From assembly GCA_038087875.1 (NCBI GenBank), contig CM075989.1, positions 17,734,001 to 17,798,000 on the forward strand: a stretch of DNA of 64,000 bases, given 5' to 3'. The DNA is from Malacoraja senta (lineage: Eukaryota). Made by a program: the position numbers and the translations under genes. Shown in pieces: positions 53,901 to 64,000 of this stretch; the stretch's first letter is position 1, and every line of letters begins with the position of its first letter. The notes beneath the pieces are model-generated. The model searched no databases. It worked only from the letters and a program-made list of their open reading frames with translations, and was not told the origin of the DNA.

Positions 53901-56900
53901 TGTGCAAATATAAAATGTTAATGCATAGTTTCTGGTATCTCCTTTCACTGCAAAGACAAGACACATAAAACATCAGAAACCATGGGCAAACCCCGTGAGT
54001 TACAAAGTACGTGTGCTGCAACACCAGGATAGATAAGCGCTCAACCAAGGAAACCAAGCCCAATGCCAAAGTAATATCTAAACTACTTATACACACTAAT
54101 GCTATCGGACATTAACTAACTTCGTATTCAGTAACAAGCTAGCTACATGTTAACAAACACACAGGCTAAATGTTTAACCAAGAAACCCAATCCCAATACC
54201 ACGTGAGAATCTAAAAGGCCTTTACAAAGCCAAACTATGGGTCAACAAAAACTGGGTGTGTAGATGCCAGTATATCATTGGTGTTATCACTTCCCTTCAC
54301 TGGTGTTTCAATGAGTTAGGCCCACGTCACCTTGGGAAGGCTCAACAGTTAATTTTGGCGCCCCAGAACCACCCCCCTCAATACCTGCTCTCACCACCAA
54401 TAGGCACTAGTAAGCAACTAATTATGTAAATATTTACGAAGTAAAAGAAACAACAGACGATTGCTTCACAACAGATCACGTTGTGGCTTTGAACATGTGC
54501 AAATATAAAATATAAAATATTAATGCATATTTTCTGGTATCTCCTTTCAACGCAAAGGCAAGACACATATAACATCAGCAACAATCAGCAAACCACGTGA
54601 GACAATTGGCATCGAGAAGCAGAACACGACTCGAGAGCGGAACAATACGTTAGCTCTACAGTTATCCTTTCCGATGGAAGATCGTAAGTGTACTTGGACT
54701 CTTTCTTTTGTTTGTATATGATTTACTTTTACTAGGATTCTGTGATCAAAACTTAACTACACACATTAAAAATACTTGAATAACAAAATAATGTCAGATT
54801 TATAATGGTTTTGATCTATCAAGATCGTTAGTAAAACCAAATGAGGGATTTTTCTGGAGAGGACTGTGAAGAGGAGAACTGTAATCAGGAATGGCTTCAA
54901 CTGGGGAAAGCCACAGTCAGCTTATCTGATAATTTTATTTTTCTGATCAGGTATCAGGTAGATGGGATTCTATTAAAATAAGTGGTTTGTTGAATCCTAT
55001 GGCCTGTTGAGGGGTAAGATTATGCTGAGCCTTGTTCACTACCCAGAGTCAGGCCGCTGTGATCAATTGACCAGACTTTTTCCACATGTTCAGAGCTGAG
55101 TTTCCGAGCCTGAGTTGCTGGAACAAGCTTCGAGTAGCGATCAGGTCTCAGTGTAACCTCAGTGGCCCAGGCAACCTCATCCTCCTAAAGGGCCTGTCCC
55201 ACTTTCACGACCTAATTCACGACCTTTTTTACTCGTGGACATTTCTCATCAGGCTAGAAAAAACGCCCCGACCTACTTGATGCCACGAGTACCTACGACT
55301 AGCATCATGGCCTGCTACGACCCACCTACGACTTCCTATGACCTTGTGACGACCATGCTGCGAGTATGAGTCAAGGGCAAACTCGGCAGAGGTCATGAAT
55401 TAGGTCGTGAAAGTGGGACAGGCCCTTTACAGTCACATTTTACCAGCACCCCTCCACACCTGTCTCATTTAGACTAGCCAACTCATTTAGACTAGCCAAC
55501 TGATTCCCCTTGAATACCACCTGGTACACAGAGATTTTTTAATACTATTCCCAGTAGAGTTGCTGCTTTACAGCGCCAGGTTCCATCCTAACTACGGGTG
55601 CTGTCTGTATGAAGTTTGTACGTTCTCCCCGTGATTTTCCCCGGGTGCTCTGGTTTCTTCCCACACTCTAAAGACGGATAGGTTTGTAGGTTAATTTGGC
55701 TTCGGTAAATATCGTAAATTGTCCCTAGTGCTGGTATATGGGGATTGCTGGCCTGCACGGACTCGGTAGGGGACAGGGCCTGTTTCCGTGCTGTATTTCT
55801 AATTAACCTACAAACTTGGCATTCGGTTGTAGGAGGAAATGGAGACCTGGTGGAAACTCACGGAATCAAAAGGAGACTGTGCAAACTCCACACAGGCAGC
55901 ATCTGAGGTCAGGATAGAACCCAGATCTCTGGCGCTGTGAGGCAGCATCTCTACCATCTGTGCAACTGTGCTGCCCTAATCAACTAGATTAAATTACCAA
56001 TCAGGCCAACAACCAACTACATTCAGCCCTTCATTTCCATGCTATTGGTATATAAGGAATACAGTGATACCTGCAGCAAGGAAGGGGGGGGGGGCATGAC
56101 TTTCATCAAATCCAATGTATCGGAAGTCAGCAAGGTTCATCCTATCTGTCAGAAAGAGAGGACGAATTATTGGTGGGATCGATGAGATGCGCTGCCAGCA
56201 GGACCAGCTACAATAAATCGAGGACCAGAGGACGTAGGTTTAAGGTGAAGGGGAAAAGACAATAGGAATCTGAGGGGTAACTTTTTCTCACTAAGGGTGG
56301 TGGGTGTATGGAACGAGTTGCCAGAGGAGGTAGTTGAGGCTGGGACTATCCCAACGTTTAAGAAACAGTTAGACAGGTACATGAATAGGACAGGTTTGGA
56401 GGAATACGGACCAGACGCGGACAAGTGGGACTAGTGTAGCTGGGACATGTTGGCCGGTGTGGGCAAGTTGGGGCAAAGGGCCTGTCTCCACACTGTATCA
56501 CTCTATGACTCTAATGAGTGATTCCAGTTTGCAGTTATATTTGTCTGTTCTGACTGAAATTCCTTTTATTCCCTGCAGCCACTAACTGGAACTATGCGAT
56601 ATTGGCCCTTGCATTTGTGGTCCTGTTTCTGGCATTCCTCATCCTGGCACGAAGCTCCAGAGCTAACAGGTACGTCAGAACTCACTGCTCCGTCTCGTGT
56701 GTCTTTTTGGAGTTTAGACAGACTTTTAGTGCTGAAGTAACTCAACGGGACAGGCAGAGTCTCTGGAGAGAAGGAATGGGTGACATTTTTGGTTGAGACC
56801 CTTCTTCAGACTGAGAGTCAGGGGAAAGGGAAACTAGAGATATAGACGGTGATGTAGAGATATATGGAACAAATGAATGAAAGATATGTAAAAAAGTTAC

Positions 56901-57642
56901 GATGATAAAGGAAACATGCCATTGTTAGCTACTGTAACTTCACACAGCTTACTGGTTTACTGACTGAAAGCTATTTCTCTCTCCCCATGAAAAGTATTTG
57001 AAAAGTCACCAACCAATTTGTCAAGAAATTTTTCCTGGTATTTGGCCTAATCTTCCCTTTCACCAGTTGTATATCGAAAGTCATTGTAGGGCTCAATATT
57101 AATATAATAGTGCTGCCTTTTCCACCTTTAAAAATTCCCTTCCCAATCTCCTCCTGACCAGATCACACAACATCCGATAACATCTCCCTCAATTTGATCA
57201 GTGGATTCTAAGACAAAGCTTTGTGTAAAATGAGACCAGACAGAGGTCTCACTCATTAGACCGTGCAGAGAAAATGGGAAAGTGTTCATTTCAGACCTGC
57301 GAACGGGAGGATATCATCTGGCATGCACTTGCGGGCAATATTCAGTAATTTCCCTTATCCAAATGCAGGACACGAAAGATGAAGGCATTGAACGGAGCAG
57401 CGGGCAGGAATGAAACGGAGGCAGATTCGACGCAGAAGGAAATGATGCAATATGTTGTTGAGGTTGACAATATTGCTGAGACAGACCAGATGTTACAGAG
57501 CAAGCCGACGTACATCTCCCTGAACCAGGTGGCACACACCTCATCTCCAAAGGTCCACCCAAAAGAAGGACAGATCCTGGTCGAATGGAAGGATGGAAAC
57601 ATAGGCTTCCTTTACACTGACAGCAAGGAAGATGATGTGTAG
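47923..57642 (+). CDS. SLC51B: Organic solute transporter subunit beta (Ost-beta), spliced CDS
   Basis: Core exons 47923-47980, 54558-54683, 56579-56669 and 57369-57642 total 549 nt (182 aa plus stop). The protein shows a signal peptide, the EDPTNWNYAIL motif, one TM helix, RANR and C-terminal ILVEWKDG. It lies tail-to-tail with RASL12, as in human. Confidence 0.93.
49400..50135 (+). mobile_element. Decayed Rex1/Babar-like RT fragment in SLC51B intron 1
   Basis: DYSLVFNII, STGIPEGCVL, KFTNNTTVVG and TKTKELIVD. A related piece lies at about 39475-39740 (IIPVPK...YHPVALTS). Confidence 0.7.
51553..51828 (+). mobile_element. tRNA-derived SINE (HE1/V-SINE-like), representative full copy
   Basis: Box A TGGCGCAGCGG, box B GGTTCGATCC, central domain and a CR1-like 3' tail. 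Further copies lie at about 405-690, 2370-2635, 7920-8620, 11780-12070, 16080-16378, 17580-17862, 28455-28745, 35853-36150, 40650-40935, 47545-47838, 55555-55975, 60775-61060 and 61620-61810. Confidence 0.85.
52071..52442 (+). CDS. SLC51B: Putative SLC51B cassette exon encoding a ricin-B/R-type lectin (mannose-receptor cysteine-rich-like) domain
   Basis: 372-nt open frame, tgcag|GA...G|GTAAG, phase 1-1. Six Cys and Trp motifs (CL..., EWTW, RCL, AWVC, SRW, NIC) are spaced like the MRC1 cysteine-rich domain. Confidence 0.75.
53956..54006 (+). CDS. SLC51B: Putative 51-nt SLC51B mini-exon (DKTHKTSETMGKPRELQ), a duplicate of the start of the next exon
   Basis: caaag acceptor and GTACGT donor, phase 1-1, paralogous to the exon starting at 54558. 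Confidence 0.5.
54558..54683 (+). CDS. SLC51B: SLC51B extracellular stalk exon (GKTHITSATISKPRE...SFPMED)
   Basis: 126 nt, caaag/gtaagt, phase 1-1, N-glycosylation sequons NTT and NNT. Confidence 0.88.
55188..55427. mobile_element. MITE with 38-bp TIRs (PIF/Harbinger-like TWA or TA flanks)
   Basis: aagggcctgtcccactttcacgacctaattcacgacct and its reverse complement with 1 mismatch; internal ctacgac repeats. Confidence 0.8.
56579..56669 (+). CDS. SLC51B: SLC51B transmembrane exon (PTNWNYAILALAFVVLFLAFLILARSSRANR)
   Basis: 91 nt, ctgcag/gtacgt, Ost-beta WN motif followed by a hydrophobic helix. Confidence 0.93.
57369..57642 (+). CDS. SLC51B: SLC51B last coding exon (cytoplasmic tail ...GQILVEWKDGNIGFLYTDSKEDDV*)
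   Basis: Acceptor atgcag, TAG at 57640-57642. Confidence 0.92.
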
Positions 57643-57721
57643 CAACCAGCTACAGGAGGGTGGTTGGCCTAAATCATTCCATTACAAGAGTTATTGACAT
57701 ATCTTTATGTGTTTCTTTATA

Positions 57722-57727
57722 AATAAA
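57722..57727 (+). terminator. Candidate SLC51B polyadenylation signal (a second AATAAA lies near 57850)
   Basis: AATAAA about 80 nt after the stop codon. Confidence 0.5.
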
Positions 57728-57949
57728 AGGAAAATCAGGTAGCAATCGGTTTATGGAGTGGGGATAAGTGGGTAAAGCATTGGGGTGGTAATATGCCTCT
57801 TGGATTATTGCTGGGAATATTATCATTCATAATTTACTCAGGATTTAGAAATAAAATTTAAAAATTGGCATGAAAACCAAGATGAAGGCAATGCTTAATT
57901 CCAAGGAAGATCGTGACTACGAGGATTGATAAAATAAAGCTGAAATTAG

Positions 57950-58455
57950 TCATAGAGTCATACAGCATGGAAACAGGCCCTTCAATTCAACTTGCCTATG
58001 CCGACCAAGATACCATGTCTACACTCTTCCCACCTGTCTGCATTTGGCCTAGATTCCTCTAACTCTTTCCTATCCATGTACCTGTCCCAATGTCTTTTAA
58101 ATGTTGTTATAATACCTGGCTCAGCTACCTCCTCTGACATCTTGTTCCAAGTACCCACCACCCTCTGTATGAATAAAATGCCCTTCATGTTCCTCTTAAA
58201 TCTTTTCCCTTTCAGCTTAAACAATGCCCTCGATCCCCCTACTCTTCTTGATCTTGATCCCCCTACTCTTGGTAAAAGACTCTGTGCATTCAACCTATCT
58301 ATTCCCCTCAAGATATTATACATTTCTATAAGATCACCACTGAGCCTCCTGCACACCAAGGAATAGAGTCCTAACCTGCCCAACATCTCCTTATAGCTCA
58401 GGTCCTCGAGTCCTGGCAACATCCTCGTAAATCTCCTTTGTACTCTTTCCATCCC
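57950..58455 (-). mobile_element. CR1-type LINE 3' fragment
   Basis: ERVQRRFTRMLPGL..LSY..RLGLYSL...RGIDR. Similar + strand pieces lie at about 32250-32680, 45290-45598 and 56220-56512. Confidence 0.85.
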
Positions 58456-61400
58456 TTTTCCCGCAGGATTTTCAATATCTATAAATGTATAGTTATTAAA
58501 CTAAAGGTTGCGTGTTACATCGTTTAACAGAGTATCGTTGCCCAAGTGTCCACAGAATGAGTGCTTGTCAAATACAAAGGCCACCAACGGTGAAACGGAC
58601 AGACTATATTCTCAAGGCATAATGATGTCTGATTGCTGCGGGGACGTTACATGGAAGCAGTTTTTTTTCACCCTAAACTGTTTAAATCCAAGACATTTGT
58701 CAATTTCCAAAGTAACTTTCAAGTCGTTCCCTAGTTCCTTTTCAAAATCACGTTCCAACCAATTCACTCCGCGTAATGCAAATAGTGTTCCCTGATTTCT
58801 CGCTCACATTATATTAATTTCATTGTGTGGAAACTAGAGTTATAGCAGAACTACATGTCTACCCAAATCACTGGTGACACCATACAGACCACAGAATGGC
58901 ATGTAAGGTGCTGAGGTTTCACCTTGTAGCTCTTACCTGAGAGGGTGGCCATAACTCAGACGTCCACATGGTGGCATTAATTAATCCCTGCGCAGGTGCT
59001 GCCTACACTGCGGGCAGAATACATGCAACAGCAGTGCATGCTGTTGTGGCTGAACTCAAGTATCAGGTGTTGATAGACACAGTGCTGGAATAACTCAGAC
59101 AACCTCTAATGAGAAAAAGGTTGGGTGATGTCTTGGGTCAGAACCCTTCTTCAGATTGCTCCAGAGATGCTGCCTGACCCGATGAGTTACTCCAGCACTA
59201 TGTGTCTATCTTTGGTATAAACCTACTTCTGCAGTTCTTTTCTGCATATCATGTGATTGAATAGAGAGTGTGATCTTAATCCTGTTAGTTCAATTAACAC
59301 CCACTTGTTGCATCTGCCTAGCGTTCATGATTTCCCCAATAACAAGAATCAACTGTCATAGCCACACAGCACGGAAACAGCCCTTCGACACAACTTGCCC
59401 ACCCTGACCAACATGCCCCCATCTACACTGCTCCCACCTGCCTGCATTTGGCCCATATCCTTCTAACCTTTCCGATTCATGAACCTGTCCAAATGTCTCT
59501 ACATTTTGTTATGGTAGACAAAAATGCTGGAGAAACTCAGCGGGTGAGGCAGCATCTATGGAGAATTTTGTTATAGTAGCTGTGTCAACTACTTCCTCTG
59601 GCAGCTCGTTCCATATATGCAGAATCCTCTGTGTGGAAAAAGTCACCCCTCAGGTTCCCCTTAAATCTTTACCCTCTCACCTTAAACCTATGTCCCCTAG
59701 TTCTTGTCACAGGGAACGTTTAAGTGCCACAGGGAACTGAAGCCTGAAATAATTTGAGGGAAGGGATGAACAGTCTCCTGATTCTACAGCGTGTCCAAGA
59801 ACATGCTGGTACGTTGTCATAAATCAATATGACTTACTATGTAAGTTAAATAGCTTTCCACAAGCCTTATCTTTTTCCTAAAGGTTCATTCTGACCTCAA
59901 TCAACATCCAGAGATGTCGACGGTTAGGAATCGGGTATGGGACCTTCAGCTGATTTCTCCTCCTTCCTGCCTTGGAAGGTGATGTATGTTATAGCTTCCC
60001 TGCAGTCTTGAGCTGTGAACCCTGCAGCAAGCGATCGAATCCTGGACCCGCTCAATCCAAATGGAGCAGCGCTTAGCGGCATAGTAGTCTGAATGGACTT
60101 TTTTGGGGGGAAAATAAATGATATTTGATCTAATTCACTGGGCTATGTTACATTTTGCTTGAAATTTGAGGTCTTGACCTAAAATGTCTTCTGTCCATGT
60201 TCTCCAGAGATGTTGCCTGACCCGTTTAGTTACTCCAGCACTTTGATACTTTTTTTTACATTTTGCGTGTTGCTTTTAGGATTTGATCCGCTGTGTGCTT
60301 CGACACATCAATATTCTCCTTGGTATTTGATAACGTTTAGTTGTTCATGGAATGTGGGCACTGTGGGACAGATTGGGTTTATAATTGCCCATTGCTAATA
60401 ATCTCCCATAGTAAAGACAGGAGGCAGTGAAGGCAGAACCTTGTTGGTGGGGCCGGGGTCTCTTGTAAACCAGGCGAGCTCAGGACAGCAGATATCCTTG
60501 CCTGAACAATGTTTGTGAAACAGGTCTTTTTTAAAGTAATGGTGTAACTTTGTAGCTACCATTTAAAAGTCATACTTATTTAATTACATGAATTTAAATT
60601 CTCCATCTAACCTGATGAGATTCCAAATTGTGACACTGGATCAAAAGTCCAGACATCTGACTGTTTGACCAATAATTTAACCTGGCAGCTGTCATTCCCC
60701 GAAATATATATACCTCAGATCTGATCTCTGAATTGTGAACTTCGTTGAAGATTTCAATTTACCATTACTTTTGGCTTAGTTTGAAAATACAGCGCGGAAA
60801 CAGGCCCTTCGACCCATCGAGTCTGCGCAGACCAGCGATCCCGTACACCAGCACTATACTTCACACTGGGGACAATGTTTACAATTTTACCGAAACCAAT
60901 TAACCTACAAAAACCTGTACGTCTTTGGAATGTGGGAGGAAACCGGGACGCCCTGAGAAAACCCACGCGGTCACAGGGAGAATGTACAAACTCCGTACAT
61001 ACAGCACCCATTGTCAGGATCGAACTTGGGTCTCTGGAGCTGTAAGGCAGCATCTCCACCAAGATCATCAGTACAACAGAGTACTAGCCATTGATATATA
61101 AAGTGACGTATGTATCAGCCGTGGGCAGAGAAGAGATGTGAAATTTAGGCCAAACCACAAGTACATAGAGTGACAAACAGCGTAAATTATATTCGTTAGG
61201 GTCTTTATTAATCCAACATTGTCAAGTAATATTTTGTTTCCCTCTCATATTATTGTGAATGATTGATGATAATTTTTTTAAATATATTTGTTCTACTCAA
61301 AAGTAACTAACATATGTAGTAAATATATTGCAAACAAAATGTATGATTGAAGAAATGAATGTGCTATGTTACCCATGAATGAAAGATAGTTAATTGATAT

Positions 61401-62755
61401 CTGCTGCTGTGCTCAGAATACTATCATGGGGAAACTATTCAGTTGGGATTATAAATTGATACATGGTTATTGGTTAATTATTGTGGTTTTTTTAACAAAG
61501 AATATCAGAAACAATTTTCTTATTTTTACCTTCAAAGTCATCACCTTTTACAGGCAGCCACGCAAACATTTGGCCCGATGTTGAGTAATATTACACTTTA
61601 GATTTTTGGACTTTAGGCTCCCGAAGCCAATTAAGCTAAAAACCTGAACGTCTTTGGAGTGTGGGAGGAAACCGGAGCACCCGGAGAAAACCCACGTGGT
61701 CACAGGGAGAATGCATAAACTCCTTACAGACAGCATCCGTAGTCAGGATCGAACCCGGGTCTCTGGCACAGTAAGGCAGCAACTCTACTGCTGTGCCGCT
61801 GTGCCGCCCAAATTGTCTAGTGTGAACCTGTAGCCCAATGCAAAAATATGAACAGTTATTTTCTCTGTATTGGATATCCTTATGACTTTTAAGTGAAATT
61901 ACTACCTAACAATCACCAAATTATGAGCAAGACTGTTTTGTAAGCGCCATCCATTGGGAAAGCAATATGTATTTTACAAATTCCTGACTACAAGTTTCCA
62001 ATCAAGTTATATAACATCCTGACGTAAATCTTTCAATGATCCTTCAACCTTACAGATCTAATTTCTGGAACTTCCTATCACTGGTCTAATGTTACCACAA
62101 CTTTTGAAGGTAAATTTATGGAAATCGGTTCTGATATCCTTTGTCAAACAACCACTGCCTTAGGAAGATCAATCTCGCCTCCTTCGAAGAATGTTCGCAA
62201 CCATTACTTCACTGTATCATCATCAAAACAGTATTGCTTGGATCCTGACAAGATAAGATAACGGTCCCATTTATGAATTTATTGGTCTTCTGTGCAACGT
62301 CTTCATTGTTGACACGGGAAAATATCATGTACTTTACTGGATGTTCCTGGAGTGATTGATTTTTGGAAAATAAATATAATTTTCATATGGTGATCCTTGA
62401 AAAGCTTGTTCCACTACCCTCATTACCACAGTCATGTGGACTTCTCACAGACACTGACCCTGCTCTTCAGATTACTGGACATTTGCTACATTCCTCCCTT
62501 CTCGTAGAGAACTCCTGCAGCAGAGGCCGCAATAAATATTCTTCTCACTAATTGTTTTCGCTGAAAGAGCTCTGGCAATCGTCAAAGCAGGCACACTATG
62601 AGCCATTGGTCCTTTTACTCCAATCTGAATCCACATAATGTTAAGCAAAGATCACATTAGCAGTAAAACTTTGGTTGATATTTACCATTACTTTTACGTT
62701 TACTGATAAGATCAGTCAGTGACCGTTTTCACCGACCATGGAACAAGATGCATGA

Positions 62756-62940
62756 CTGAAGATAGACACAAAATGCTGGAATAACTCAGCGAGGCAGGCA
62801 GCGTCTCTGGAGAGAAGGAATGGGTGAAGAAGGGTCTCGACTCGTTCCTTCTCTCCAGAGATGCTGCCTGACCCGGTGCGTTACTCCAGCATTTTGTGTC
62901 TATCTTCAGTGTAAACCAGCATCTGCAGTTCTTTCCTACG
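62756..62940. mobile_element. Inverted (fold-back) PLE-terminal insertion with a 12-bp TSD in the RASL12 3' UTR
   Basis: Arms 62756-62820 and 62845-62909; TSD caagatgcatga at 62744 and 62941. Confidence 0.85.
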
Positions 62941-63014
62941 CAAGATGCATGATCCACCTGGTTGATATGACCTACGTTGAGTTTTGCTATTCAATGTGGC
63001 GATTAATGTTTTTT

Positions 63015-63405
63015 TCAAAATATCTTGAATCCTTTCAGCAGAGTGAGGGTGGGTGTTCTCCGCTTGCTTTGGGCTCTTGCTGACTTCACGGTGACAAGTT
63101 TAGCTGAGGTGATGGTGGGGATTTCCTTGTAGGTGGCGGTGGAGAGTCGCTGCGTTCCAAAGGCAGGGGGGTGGTGTTTAACAGCTTGGGCGAAGGCAGG
63201 GGGGTGGGGAAGGCCCGACACCGGCTTGTCCTCGGAAATAAAGAGCGGTCTGACGGGAAGGTGGCGCTCAGTCTCCCGCCTCACCTCACGTACCAACTGA
63301 TGGAACACATTCTGCACAGGTGGGAAATCCGAGCAGGCGGACACCTCGTTGAAGGAGCAGTTGTACTTGGCTGCCAGCGAGAGACCATCAGACTTGCTCA
63401 CCTGC
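63015..63405 (-). CDS. RASL12: Ras-like protein family member 12, last coding exon (gene continues beyond the window)
   Basis: Acceptor ttttacag after a (CT)n tract. It encodes RQVSK...EVSAC...RPLFISE...AKLVTVKSARAQSKRRTPTLTLLKGFKIF*, the characteristic RASL12 C-terminus. Confidence 0.94.
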
Positions 63406-63418
63406 CTGTAAAACAGAC

Positions 63419-63458
63419 AGAGAGAGAGAAAGAGAGAGAGAGAGAGAGCGAGAGAGAG
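63419..63458. repeat. (GA)n microsatellite forming the polypyrimidine tract of the RASL12 last intron
   Basis: Direct reading. Confidence 0.9.
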
Positions 63459-63574
63459 ATCATTTTCAAAATGCATTAGCGTTATATGTTAAGAAAAAGC
63501 AAATACCTGAAAATACTGTGAAACATCAAAGCAATCCAAAGGAAATCTTAGAATGTAGATTGAAATAAACGTAG

Positions 63575-63735
63575 GAAGGTTTAAACCGAAGATGGACACA
63601 AGAAGCTGGAGTAACTCAGCGGGACAGGCAGCATCTCTGGAGAGAAGAGTCTGAAGAAGGGTCTCGACCCGAAACGTCCCCAGAGGTGCCGCCTGTCCCG
63701 CTGAGTTACTCCAGCATTTTGTGTCTATCTTTTGG
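63575..63735. mobile_element. Inverted PLE-terminal insertion in a RASL12 intron
   Basis: Fold-back arms around the hammerhead core; flanking near-duplication ttgaaataaa(c/t)gtag at 63560 and 63736. Confidence 0.8.
63651..63678 (+). ncRNA. Minimal hammerhead-ribozyme-like motif inside an inverted PLE-derived repeat
   Basis: ctgaagaagggtctcgacccgaaacgtc. Confidence 0.6.
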
Positions 63736-64000
63736 TTGAAATAAATGTAGAAGTCTCAACAGCCATGCAGTGCTTTGATCATTTGCTGATACTACACCGA
63801 ATTAGACAGTTTACTGCTATTGTGCACAGAATATAACTAAAAGCTCACATTCTGTGAAAGCAGATGCAAGGAATATTCTCTCCGCCTGTCATTCACTCCA
63901 AAGACGTACCTGGTGTCCCTGGTGTGTGGAGGATAGCGTTAGTGTGCGGGGACAGCTAGTCGGCACAGACTAGCTGGGCCTGTATCCACGCTGTATATCT

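Overview
This is vertebrate DNA from a cartilaginous fish, most likely a skate or ray. Three protein-coding genes can be reconstructed by hand from GT-AG splice sites. (1) DPP8 lies on the - strand with 19 coding exons (7571-36459, about 880 aa). Its Ser/Asp/His triad is intact, it has a CpG-island promoter near 37.9 kb, and its first coding exon carries one apparent 1-nt homopolymer frameshift. (2) SLC51B/Ost-beta lies on the + strand (47923-57642); four core exons give exactly the 182-aa length known for skate Ost-beta. (3) The last coding exon of RASL12 lies on the - strand (63015-63405). Introns and spacers are dense with repeats: tRNA-derived SINEs, CR1 and Rex1/Babar-like LINE fragments, Penelope-like element (PLE) remnants, a full-length decayed IR/DR Tc1, a 5'-truncated Tx1/L1 copy with a 17-bp TSD, and two MITE-like DNA elements. 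The most interesting signals are two. First, the Ost-beta gene holds an intact, frame-symmetric 372-nt exon encoding a mannose-receptor-type ricin-B (R-type lectin) domain plus a duplicated 51-nt mini-exon, which predicts a lectin-bearing long Ost-beta isoform. Second, the abundant PLE-terminal repeat carries a minimal hammerhead ribozyme core (CUGAAGA-A-hairpin-GAAAC-GUC), with three exact copies and many degenerate ones. All family assignments come from motif recognition; no database search was run.
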